46,677 nt of DNA from an uncultured Brachyspira sp. (GCA_949300355.1 CASGDY010000010.1:1-46677), one strand, 5' to 3'; positions 19,403 to 28,698 are shown, counted from the first letter of the stretch. Numbers and translations are program-made. The notes: a model not told the origin generated them from the letters alone.

Positions 19403-20218
19403 ATGGATAGTATAGATTTATATGAATATATAAATAGATGGGTAAGCAGTTTTACAGCTTACCCATATTATAAAATAGAAAAAAAATTGGACTTTATATC
19501 CAAATTAATATCACCTCATAAACAATTTAATAGTATTTCCATTGTTGCTACTGGTTCAAAAAGAAACAGGACAGATGTAACTTATATGGAATACCTTAAT
19601 TTGTTTTTAGTATTAGATGATGAAAAAAATAGTATATCTGATACTAGAAAATTTAAATCTTCTATTTTAGAATTAATAAAAAATAATGATTCATATTCAA
19701 ATAAAGTTAATGTTACATCATCGTCTTTAATTTTAGAATATGAAAATGAAAAAATTGTATTAATACCTTCAGTTAAAAATTTAGATAATAATGTTGAAGG
19801 TGCTTTAGTTACACATGCAAATGAAAAAAATGAAATTTTCTATCCTAAATTAGACAATAGAAATTTTGATAAAAAAGAACATGACTGCGGTTCTAATTTT
19901 ATTAATTTAATAAAATTATTTAAGCATTTATTCCTTACTTTTTCTCCTGAAATTAAATACATCAATGAGTTAACTCCTGCTATAACAGAAGCACTTATAT
20001 GGAATTTACCAAATGAATATTTTCAATTTAAAGATTATTCTTCAGCAATATCAAAAGCCCTTGAATATATTTATCAAATAATAGCTAGTGATGATTATAT
20101 GAGTTTATCTGAAATTAATGATATAAAGGTTTTATTTTCTACTAGAAATAATCTTGATAGAAAAGAATTATTAAAAGCATTATATAAATTAAAACAATTC
20201 ATACATGAAAACATATAA
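19403..20218 (+). CDS. Degenerate SMODS/CD-NTase (CdnE-like) nucleotidyltransferase-fold protein, probably catalytically inactive
   Basis: Colinear CdnE-like motifs: TGSKRNRTDV, LIPS, EG, YPKLD..N...K, F..LIKLFK, EALIWNLPNEYF, EINDIKVLF. The DxD position reads Y-L-N. Confidence 0.7.
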   Translation: MDSIDLYEYINRWVSSFTAYPYYKIEKKLDFISKLISPHKQFNSISIVATGSKRNRTDVTYMEYLNLFLVLDDEKNSISDTRKFKSSILELIKNNDSYSNKVNVTSSSLILEYENEKIVLIPSVKNLDNNVEGALVTHANEKNEIFYPKLDNRNFDKKEHDCGSNFINLIKLFKHLFLTFSPEIKYINELTPAITEALIWNLPNEYFQFKDYSSAISKALEYIYQIIASDDYMSLSEINDIKVLFSTRNNLDRKELLKALYKLKQFIHENI

Positions 20219-20331
20219 AATTCTAACTTTTTTACTATAACTCTTAATAGTAATATTGAATTAATTTAAACTAATGATATAATATTGCATTATAATTTTT
20301 TATAATAAATTTCTTAGGAGAAATATATAAA

Positions 20332-22419
20332 ATGAAAAAAATACCAGAAATTTTTGGTAGTATGGTTTTTAATGATAATGTTATGAAGGATAAACTTCCC
20401 AAAGACATTTATAAAAAACTTATAAAAACCATAAAAAATGGAGAGCGTTTAAATTTAGAAGTTGCCAATGTTGTAGCTCATGCTATGAAAGAATGGGCTA
20501 TAGAGAAAGGTGCTACTCATTTCACTCATTGGTTTCAGCCTATGACAGGTGTAACAGCTGAAAAACATACCAGTTTTATTACTCAAACTGATGATGGCTC
20601 TATTCGTATGGAATTTACAGGTAAAGAATTAGTTCAAGGAGAACCAGATGCTTCTAGTTTTCCTTCAGGCGGATTAAGAGCTACATTTGAAGCAAGAGGA
20701 TACACTGCTTGGGATCCTACTTCTTATGCGTTCATAAAAGATGATACATTATGCATACCTAGTGCCTTTTGTTCATACAGCGGAGAATCATTAGACAAGA
20801 AAACTCCCCTACTTCGTTCTATGGAAGTTATAGAAAAAGAGGCAAAAAGAATATTAAAATTATTCGGACATAATGATGTAAGTAGAGTATTTACTACTGT
20901 AGGAGCTGAACAGGAATATTTTTTGATAGACAGAGATTTATATTTACAAAGACCTGATTTAAGATATTGTAAAAGAACATTATTTGGAGCTTGTCCTCCT
21001 AAAGGTCAGGAATTAGAGGATCATTATTTTGGGGCTATTAAACCTAGAGTACTTGCCTTTATGAAAGAACTTGATAATGAACTTTGGAAATTGGGAATAG
21101 TTGCTAAAACAGAACATAATGAAGCTGCACCTGGACAATACGAATTAGCTCCTGAATATACCGTTACAAATATGGCTACAGATCAGAATCAGATTACTAT
21201 GGAACTTATGAAGGTTATAGCTGAGAAACATAATTTAGCATGCATACTTCATGAAAAACCTTTTATAGGGGTAAATGGAAGCGGTAAGCATAATAACTGG
21301 TCTATTGCTACAGATACAGGATTAAATCTTTTAGAACCAGGAGATAATCCTTCAAAAAATAAACAATTCTTATTATTTTTAGTTGCTATAATAAAAGCAG
21401 TTGATGAATATCAAGATCTTTTAAGAATAACTACAGCCACTGCCAGCAACGATCATAGACTTGGTGCTGCTGAAGCTCCTCCTGCTATTATATCTATATT
21501 TCTTGGTGATGAACTTACAGAGATATTTGAATATATGGAAAGCTCTAAAAAATATAAAGGAAAAGAAAAAGTTGAAATGGAAATGGGAGTTAATTCTTTA
21601 GCAAGACTAACTAAAGATACAACTGATAGAAATAGGACTTCTCCTTTAGCATTTACTGGAAATAAATTTGAATTTAGAATGGTTGGTTCAAGTCTTTCTG
21701 TATCAGGTCCTAATATCATTTTAAATACTATAGTTGCAGAAGCATTATCACAGTTTGCTGATATATTGGAAAAATCTGATAACTTGGATAAAGATATTGA
21801 TGAACTAATAAGAGAAACTTTCAAAAAACATAAAAGAATAATATATAACGGCAATAATTATTCTGATGAATGGGTTAAAGAAGCTGAAAAAAGAGGATTA
21901 TTTAATTTAAAAACAACTCCTGAAGCATTACCTCATTTCATATCTAAAAAGAATATCGAAGTATTAACTAAACATAAAGTTTTAACTGAAACAGAAATAC
22001 ATTCAAGATATGAAATAAGTATGGAAGAGTATGTTAAAGAAATTAATATAGAAGCTCTTACATTAGTAGATATGGTACATAAACAAATACTTCCATCTTC
22101 AATAGAATATATGGGAGAGCTTACCGATATCGCTGATAAAAAAAGAAATTTAAAATTAAAATTTGATGTTGAGAAAAAATTGATTAATAAGCTCAATGAT
22201 TTAATTAAAGATCTTGATTCTAAATTGGAAAAATTGGAAGGATATACTGTAGAAGCTAAAAAACTTAATGATGTATCAAAATCTGCCAAATTTTCAAGAG
22301 ATAAAATATTTGCCTGTTTAGAAGATATGAGAGTTACAATAGATGAATTAGAAAGAATTGTATCAAAAAAATATTGGAAACTTCCGACTTACGGTGATAT
22401 GCTATATAGCTTATCATAA
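20332..22419 (+). CDS. glnA: Glutamine synthetase type III
   Basis: 695 aa; [51 protein letters not shown]. Confidence 0.95.
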   Translation: MKKIPEIFGSMVFNDNVMKDKLPKDIYKKLIKTIKNGERLNLEVANVVAHAMKEWAIEKGATHFTHWFQPMTGVTAEKHTSFITQTDDGSIRMEFTGKELVQGEPDASSFPSGGLRATFEARGYTAWDPTSYAFIKDDTLCIPSAFCSYSGESLDKKTPLLRSMEVIEKEAKRILKLFGHNDVSRVFTTVGAEQEYFLIDRDLYLQRPDLRYCKRTLFGACPPKGQELEDHYFGAIKPRVLAFMKELDNELWKLGIVAKTEHNEAAPGQYELAPEYTVTNMATDQNQITMELMKVIAEKHNLACILHEKPFIGVNGSGKHNNWSIATDTGLNLLEPGDNPSKNKQFLLFLVAIIKAVDEYQDLLRITTATASNDHRLGAAEAPPAIISIFLGDELTEIFEYMESSKKYKGKEKVEMEMGVNSLARLTKDTTDRNRTSPLAFTGNKFEFRMVGSSLSVSGPNIILNTIVAEALSQFADILEKSDNLDKDIDELIRETFKKHKRIIYNGNNYSDEWVKEAEKRGLFNLKTTPEALPHFISKKNIEVLTKHKVLTETEIHSRYEISMEEYVKEINIEALTLVDMVHKQILPSSIEYMGELTDIADKKRNLKLKFDVEKKLINKLNDLIKDLDSKLEKLEGYTVEAKKLNDVSKSAKFSRDKIFACLEDMRVTIDELERIVSKKYWKLPTYGDMLYSLS

Positions 22420-22427
22420 AAAATAGT

Positions 22428-22459
22428 AAAGGGCATAGATTATATAATTTATGCCCTTT
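22428..22459. terminator. Bidirectional terminator between glnA and the WYL gene
   Basis: AAAGGGCATAGATTA/TAATTTATGCCCTTT hairpin between convergent genes. Confidence 0.75.
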
Positions 22460-22473
22460 TATTTTTTCATATC

Positions 22474-23490
22474 TTATTCATTCATAATGGATAATGATTT
22501 GTTCAAATGCTCTATGAATTCTTTATTAAATTTTTCAGGCGAAATAATTTTAAAAGAACCAAGCCAAGGACTTAAAAATATTCTAAGTTCTGTAAAAGAT
22601 GAAAAATCAAAATTAACTATTATAGAACAGTCTTCCAGTTCTTTTTTTATTTTTTGATTGAATCCGTAATCTCTATTTTTAAAATAATGTGCAACCTCTG
22701 AATTAAAATGAATAGTAGTTTTTGTTAATTTATTATCACTCCAATATATACTTCTTTTCTTCTCTATTAGTTTTATTAATTTTTCTCTGCTCTCAATTCT
22801 ATTTTTATGTTCTTTCTGATATTCTTCCTTTTCTTTATTATTATTGAACTTTAATTTCTGTATTATTTCTATCTTAGATATATTGCTTATAGAATAGGTT
22901 TTTATCTTTTTATGTTTATGATCATAAGCAACTAAATACCATATACCCTGAAAATAATAAATGAGGTATGCTATAGCCTTAACCTTATAATTAATATTAC
23001 TGCTTTGAATATAATAATCAAAACTTATATCATTTAAATCCTTAACACAAGAAAGTAGTTTTTCTATATTTTCACTATCACCTGCTATATTATTTATCTC
23101 ATTATTAGAAATAACAATAATATCATAATATTCATTGTCTACATTTTGAGGCAATAATTTGGATACAGTTGAATGCGGTATAAGAGATAAATTTGAACTT
23201 ACCTTTTTCATAAATACAGAAAATAATATATCTACATTTTTTTTAAGATTATCATTATCAAAATTAAACCATTTTTTTAATTTTTTTAAATATTCTTTTT
23301 TTAGAGTATATCTGTCATTTTCTAAAATCAGCTCTATCTGCAAATATTTTTGTATTTCTTCTATATCTCTTTGTAATGTTCTTAAGGACATATTATTAGA
23401 ATCCATAAATTTATTTTTATCTATGAACCCATCTAATATCAATGAACTATACAATTCGAATAATCTTTCAAATTTCTTTTTATCTGACAT
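22474..23490 (-). CDS. HTH-WYL-WCX transcriptional regulator
   Basis: SLRTLQRDI winged HTH, GIWYLVAYD...KTYSISNI WYL motif, and a C-terminal WLGSFKIISP (WCX-like). Confidence 0.88.
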   Translation of the reverse strand: MSDKKKFERLFELYSSLILDGFIDKNKFMDSNNMSLRTLQRDIEEIQKYLQIELILENDRYTLKKEYLKKLKKWFNFDNDNLKKNVDILFSVFMKKVSSNLSLIPHSTVSKLLPQNVDNEYYDIIVISNNEINNIAGDSENIEKLLSCVKDLNDISFDYYIQSSNINYKVKAIAYLIYYFQGIWYLVAYDHKHKKIKTYSISNISKIEIIQKLKFNNNKEKEEYQKEHKNRIESREKLIKLIEKKRSIYWSDNKLTKTTIHFNSEVAHYFKNRDYGFNQKIKKELEDCSIIVNFDFSSFTELRIFLSPWLGSFKIISPEKFNKEFIEHLNKSLSIMNE

Positions 23491-23502
23491 ACTACATCCT
23501 TT

Positions 23503-24630
23503 TTAAAATACACTATGAACAAATTCTTTAACGGCATTACCGTTAATATTAAACTGCTCATTATTGATAGTAAAATATCCGTCTAATACACCTTTAGTAG
23601 TTTCCATATCTATTTTATTAAAACTTCCAAATGACTCGTATAAATAATTTCCTGTAACTGTAAATACAAAACTAAATCCTTCTTCTTTAGAATAATAATC
23701 TATAACATCTTTATATTCATGTGATTCAAAATCTTTATATACATACCATTTATTATTAAATAAAAACTTTATAATTTTTGAATTTTGAGATTCAGGTTTA
23801 GAATCATAAATAAATACAGGAATAGGTTCTGTAGTATAAGAAGTATAAACTAAAGCAGCTGTAATATTATGTGTATATCTAGAAGGATTTCTTCCTACAG
23901 TATTCACAGCTATAACTGAACTTGTATCTGTTATGGCATTTTCGCTTCCAGGAACAACTAAATATCCGCTTGGAAGTCCGTAATAGAATGCTGTATATAA
24001 TGCTCTATTATATTTCCAATTTACCATAGAAGCTGTAAAATTAGTAAATTTAAATGAGAACTCAGCATTAATCAAATTGCTTATAGAAGATTTTATATTT
24101 ATTTTAGTGTTATAAAAGTTAGGAATTTCTATATTGAATTCACCTATACTTTTTTTAAATTGAGCCCTTACAAAATTATCATAAAAATCTAAAAAATCTT
24201 TTTCATTTTCTTTAATAATAAAAGACTGAGAATCTCCGTCAAGTATATTAAAAGCATAATAAGAAAAATATCTTTTTAATCCATACTTATAAAGTTTCCA
24301 AAATATTATATGATTATCATGAAATAAATATAAATATAAATTCTCAACCATATCATCATTTATACGTATAGATTTTGGAATACTAGTAAAATCTCCTGTA
24401 TAATAAATACCATTATTATTGGTAATGGAAATCGTATTAGCATCAAGTACAGGAGTGTCATTTTTCATATATGACTTTAACGGAACTATCCTATAATTAA
24501 CATGCACAAATATAATCACAGATAATAAAATAAATAAAGCCGCAGCTATAAGAACAATATATTTTCTTATATAGCTGGAAGAATATTCATAATAATTATC
24601 GTTTGCTATAAGCCTCTTTTTTATACGCAT
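23503..24630 (-). CDS. Membrane-anchored beta-rich hypothetical protein
   Basis: One N-terminal TM, then an aromatic/beta-rich body. Overlaps the upstream gene by 10 bp. Confidence 0.7.
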   Translation of the reverse strand: MRIKKRLIANDNYYEYSSSYIRKYIVLIAAALFILLSVIIFVHVNYRIVPLKSYMKNDTPVLDANTISITNNNGIYYTGDFTSIPKSIRINDDMVENLYLYLFHDNHIIFWKLYKYGLKRYFSYYAFNILDGDSQSFIIKENEKDFLDFYDNFVRAQFKKSIGEFNIEIPNFYNTKINIKSSISNLINAEFSFKFTNFTASMVNWKYNRALYTAFYYGLPSGYLVVPGSENAITDTSSVIAVNTVGRNPSRYTHNITAALVYTSYTTEPIPVFIYDSKPESQNSKIIKFLFNNKWYVYKDFESHEYKDVIDYYSKEEGFSFVFTVTGNYLYESFGSFNKIDMETTKGVLDGYFTINNEQFNINGNAVKEFVHSVF

Positions 24631-25682
24631 AATGTTTCTTTTGCTGCATTATCCTTTATATTATCATTATTTTCCAAACTTTTTTTAATATCAGCCTGCA
24701 CTTCTTCTTCGGTTCTTTTTTCTATTGATGTATCTAATAATTTACTTAAAGCAAATAGTGCCACTTCTATTTCATCATCTTGCGGTCTTCTGGTAGTTAT
24801 TTTCTGAAGGGCTAAACCAGGAAGTATAGCAAGTCTCATAAGAGGGAAATTATAAAATTTAAATCCCAATTTTAATATTTCATAAGATATACCAGAAACT
24901 ATAGGAAGTAAAATTATATTAATAGCTAATACAGTCAAATTTCCAACTATTTTAGTTGGAGTATATGAAGCATATATATATGTATATACAAAATAACTTG
25001 TAAACATATAAAGCAATATAGAAACTGTTAATACTAAAAACATAAATGTAGTACCGCATCTAGGATGTATAGTTGTATAATCTCTAATATTACCTGTATC
25101 AGGGTCTAATCCATGCTCATATGCATTAACAACCATATGTTCTGCTCCATGATATTCAAATACTCTTTTTATATCTTTAAAAAATGATATTACAAGAAGA
25201 TATAAAACAAATATGGATAATTTTATGCATCCTCTTACTAAATTAAACACAACGAAATTACTTTTCTCATCTATTCCAATAAGTGTAGTTATAAAATAAG
25301 GCAAAGCTATAAAAAGCCCTACAGCAAAAGCTAAAGACACTAACATACTTAAAGTCATAGCTATATTTTCACTTTTTTCTGATTTAGGTTTATTATCTTT
25401 TTTATTATTTTCTTCTTCAATACCTGCAGTATTGGCAGAAAATACCAAAGTTTTATAACCTAATCTCATCATATCTACAAAATTGACAACACCTCTAATA
25501 AAAGGCATTTTACTTAATTTGTTTTTATTTTCAGGAATAGCTGCTTTAATAAAATCTATCTGTTTATCCGGCTTTCTAACAGCTACAACATAATGACTTT
25601 TATTTCTAAGCATTATGCCCTCTATAACAGCCTGACCGCCTACTCCTTCTTTAATTCTATTTTCATCTAATTTTTTACTCAA
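24621..25682 (-). CDS. DUF1385 (YqhQ-like) membrane protein
   Basis: GGQAVIEGIM, PFIRG, VFEYHGAEH, HPRCGT, LQKITTR. Start placed at TTG 25682 behind a GAGG RBS; the ORF track gives 25754. Confidence 0.9.
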   Translation of the reverse strand: MSKKLDENRIKEGVGGQAVIEGIMLRNKSHYVVAVRKPDKQIDFIKAAIPENKNKLSKMPFIRGVVNFVDMMRLGYKTLVFSANTAGIEEENNKKDNKPKSEKSENIAMTLSMLVSLAFAVGLFIALPYFITTLIGIDEKSNFVVFNLVRGCIKLSIFVLYLLVISFFKDIKRVFEYHGAEHMVVNAYEHGLDPDTGNIRDYTTIHPRCGTTFMFLVLTVSILLYMFTSYFVYTYIYASYTPTKIVGNLTVLAINIILLPIVSGISYEILKLGFKFYNFPLMRLAILPGLALQKITTRRPQDDEIEVALFALSKLLDTSIEKRTEEEVQADIKKSLENNDNIKDNAAKETLCV

Positions 25683-25798
25683 ATTATACACCTCATCTAT
25701 TTTAAAGTTAAAGTAAGATATATAATATACTAAATACAATATTCTTTCAAGCATAAAAAAAACTTGAATTTGTAAAAAAAAATTATATATTATATAAT

Positions 25799-26227
25799 AT
25801 GAAGCCCTTACTAATATTAATTATTAATTTTATAATTCTTGCTTTTATCTCATGCAAAAGCACTAATATGGAAATGACAGAAGTAGTAGAATATCATAAT
25901 AAAGAAAATAAAGAAATAGAAGAAAAACCAAAAGCAATAACTTTAAAAGATAGATCCGGATATTATAAAAGTAAAAGTCCATATTTTACTTTTGATGCTG
26001 ATTTAAAAGAAAATGGATATGCTTATGTAGTATTGAAAGGATGGATGGTTTATAGAGGATATGTAAAAGTCGGAGATCCAGCTTCTGAAGCTACAAAGTT
26101 TAGACTAGATATTGATAATATTACTTATGTTATATTAGAGTTTAAAGATTTAAACAACGCAAAAGCATCAGTGGTATTAAAAGAAGTGGTACAGCAAGTA
26201 CTACCTATGACAAAGATACAGAAATAA
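25799..26227 (+). CDS. Lipoprotein of unknown function
   Basis: Signal peptide ending in a spirochaetal-type lipobox, FISC. Confidence 0.75.
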   Translation: MKPLLILIINFIILAFISCKSTNMEMTEVVEYHNKENKEIEEKPKAITLKDRSGYYKSKSPYFTFDADLKENGYAYVVLKGWMVYRGYVKVGDPASEATKFRLDIDNITYVILEFKDLNNAKASVVLKEVVQQVLPMTKIQK

Positions 26228-26233
26228 ATACTA

Positions 26234-27247
26234 TTAAAAAAATCCTTCGCTTTTAGCATCTTTGCTCATAAGTTCAGTTAAAGTATCTTGTATATTTGCA
26301 TTATTAAAAAGTATGTTATATATAGCTTCAGTTATAGGCATATAAATATTATTTTTCTGTGCATATTCATAAGCTGCGGTAGTAGCATATACTCCTTCAG
26401 CAACCTGTCCATGACTTTCAGCTATTACTTCCTGATATTTTTTACCTTTAGCAAGTTCCCTTCCCAATCTATTATTTCTGCTGAGTCCGCTTGAACATGT
26501 TACTATTAAATCACCTATTCCAGAAAGCCCATACATAGTATCTATTCTCGCACCTTTACTTAAAGCAAATCGCACTATCTCATGCAAACCTCTTGTTATA
26601 AGTGCCGCTTTAGTATTATCGCCAAGTTTAAGCCCATCAACTATACCGCCTGCAATGGCTATTATATTTTTTAAAGCTCCTCCTATTTCAACACCTTTTT
26701 GATCAGTAGAATTATATATTCTAAATTTAGGAGGTACTGTCAATGTATCTCTTACATATTCAGAAACACCTTTCTCCCCTCCAACAACAACTGCAGTAGG
26801 TACTCCTTTTGCCGCCTCTTCTGCATGAGAAGGTCCTGAAAGTGTTAATATTGATAAATCACCTGATATTATGCTCCTTGCAACCTCGCTCATAGTTTTA
26901 CCTGTTTTTCTGTCAAGTCCTTTAGTTGCAGATACCAATATTTGCTCATTACTTATATAAGGCTCTATATTTATACAAGCATCAGCAAATGCAAATGATG
27001 GAGTTACTATTATAACTATCTCGCTGTCATTTACTGCATCGCCTATATCTGTTGTAAATTTTATATTTTTATTTAATTGTATGTTTTCTAAATAATTATC
27101 ATTTCTATATGTATTGCTTAATAATTTATAACTGCTTTCACTATGTACCCATACTTTAACATTATGCTTTTCAGAAAATATATTTGCAAGAGCAAGTCCC
27201 CATCCGCCGGCACCTATGATTCCAACATTTATCATGATATACCCCAT
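26234..27247 (-). CDS. gpsA: NAD(P)H-dependent glycerol-3-phosphate dehydrogenase
   Basis: GAGGWG, ATKGL, SGPSHA, GALKN, GDLIVTC, SRN, EG motifs. Confidence 0.96.
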   Translation of the reverse strand: MGYIMINVGIIGAGGWGLALANIFSEKHNVKVWVHSESSYKLLSNTYRNDNYLENIQLNKNIKFTTDIGDAVNDSEIVIIVTPSFAFADACINIEPYISNEQILVSATKGLDRKTGKTMSEVARSIISGDLSILTLSGPSHAEEAAKGVPTAVVVGGEKGVSEYVRDTLTVPPKFRIYNSTDQKGVEIGGALKNIIAIAGGIVDGLKLGDNTKAALITRGLHEIVRFALSKGARIDTMYGLSGIGDLIVTCSSGLSRNNRLGRELAKGKKYQEVIAESHGQVAEGVYATTAAYEYAQKNNIYMPITEAIYNILFNNANIQDTLTELMSKDAKSEGFF

Positions 27248-27326
27248 AATCCATTATTTTATAATATAGTATACATAAAAAATAACTATTATCAATACAG
27301 AATTGTAAAAATATTATGTAAACTAT

Positions 27327-27887
27327 TTATTTAAATGATTTTTCAAGTAAAATGCATATATTATTAAGTAAATCTTCTTTATTTATCTTATTATTATCCT
27401 TAACCCAGCAGAATATAACAGAAACTAAAGCACCTGAAAAAAATTGAGAAGTTATTTTTGTATTCTCAATATTATCTTCTTTCATAGTTTCGCCTAAATA
27501 GTCTAAAAATATTTTATGTAATGATGAAACAAATAAAATAGTATTATTATGATCTATTAATGATACATTGAAATATTGTTTATTATCATCAAAGTAATTA
27601 AGAACCTTTTCTAATATTTTTCTATAATTTTTTTTGAAGTCATATATTGAATTATCTTTTTTTAATTCTTTTATGATATCTTGCTTTATATCTTCTATAA
27701 TAGAATTTAATAATTCTTCTTTATTATTAAAATGATCATAGAATGTAACCCTATTAACAAAAGCTTTTTCGCATATTTCTGTTACACTTATGTCTTTTAA
27801 TGAATTAGTTTTTAAAAGTTCAAGCAGTGATTCTTTTAAAAGTTTTTCAGTTTTTAATATTCTTAAATCTTTTTTCCCATTTTTCAT
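27327..27887 (-). CDS. TetR/AcrR-family regulator
   Basis: DLR..KT, ISVTEICEKAFVNRVTFYDHF HTH. Confidence 0.92.
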   Translation of the reverse strand: MKNGKKDLRILKTEKLLKESLLELLKTNSLKDISVTEICEKAFVNRVTFYDHFNNKEELLNSIIEDIKQDIIKELKKDNSIYDFKKNYRKILEKVLNYFDDNKQYFNVSLIDHNNTILFVSSLHKIFLDYLGETMKEDNIENTKITSQFFSGALVSVIFCWVKDNNKINKEDLLNNICILLEKSFK

Positions 27888-28132
27888 TTATATAGTATGC
27901 CATACATTGAAATAAAAATAAAGTTTATAATTATAAATTATATATTTTAAGATTTGATTAATTTTTTAAAAAAACGCCAAAAATGATGTAGTATATGTAT
28001 AAAAACAAGATTTTTTAAAAAACTACTTTTTTAAAGTGTGAAATAAATATACAATAATAGAGAAATGATATACAAAAAGATACTTTGTATAGAAACAGAA
28101 TTTATATTTTAATAAAAAATTAATAAATTTAC

Positions 28133-28179
28133 TTGCAAAAATACTAATATATATTATACTACTATCAAGTTCTTTGACA
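28133..28179 (+). promoter_or_regulatory. Sigma70-like promoter and boxA-like element upstream of the array
   Basis: TTGCAA(28133)-N16-TATACT(28155), then GTTCTTTGACA at 28169-28179. Confidence 0.55.
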
Positions 28180-28234
28180 CAGATATGTAAAATACATATT
28201 AATGTGAAAGGAATATAAAGGCTTAAAAAAGCTA

Positions 28235-28606
28235 GTCTCGATACCCTACTGTGCTCTGTGCACCTTTGGCGATGTAGGAAAGTGGGATTTATATCGTTAG
28301 ATAATGGTTTATAATCAGGTCTCGATACCCTACTCAAAGTCTCTGTGACTTTGGCTATAAAAAAATCGAGCTGCTGATAACTTTAGTTGTCAGCACCTTT
28401 CAGCGAGATTTTTTTATTAGTGATATAGGAAAGTGGGATTTGTCTTTGCGAAAATATAATTTTTTAAAGTCTCGATACCCTACTGTGCTCTGCGCGCCTT
28501 CGGCGATGTAGGAAAGTGGGATTTAACTGAGAATCTTTAAGTTTTAATTGAGTCTCGATACCCTACTGCGCTCTGCGCGCCTTCGGCGATGTAGGAAAGC
28601 GGGATT
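28235..28606 (+). CRISPR. Orphan CRISPR-like array: 4 repeats (55, 122, 55, 55 nt) and 3 unique spacers (29, 28, 28 nt)
   Basis: Repeats at 28235-28289, 28319-28440, 28469-28523 and 28552-28606 all begin GTCTCGATACCCTACT and end GATRTAGGAAAGYGGGATT. The spacers are unrelated to each other and nearly constant in length. The repeat itself is certain; the CRISPR interpretation and the strand are inferred. Confidence 0.7.
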
Positions 28607-28630
28607 CATATTTATTAAAATTAATTCTGT

Positions 28631-28666
28631 AATACTTTTTATTTTTTATAATAAAAAGTATTTTTT
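28631..28666 (+). terminator. Hairpin/terminator closing the array transcript
   Basis: Perfect 13-bp stem AATACTTTTTATT/AATAAAAAGTATT followed by TTTT. The stem is AT-rich. Confidence 0.55.
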
Positions 28667-28669
28667 ATA

Positions 28670-28698
28670 TTGATATATTGTGTATTACACAGTATAAT
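28670..28698 (+). promoter_or_regulatory. padR promoter with a palindromic operator
   Basis: TTGATA-N17-TATAAT; the spacer contains TATATTGTGTA-T-TACACAGTATA (one mismatch). Confidence 0.7.

Noticed and set aside
28023-28337. 104-aa minus-strand ORF with repeated SRVSR
   Set aside because: It is a translation of the array repeats and leader, with no family similarity or clear RBS.
28469-28606. Glycine riboswitch (minus-strand CGCCGAAGGCGC), NiCo riboswitch or hammerhead ribozyme reading of the repeats
   Set aside because: The companion motifs (GGAGA/CUCUCAGG, CUGAGCAGG, CUGANGA) are absent, and constant-length unique spacers do not fit. An Rfam search would still be the formal test.
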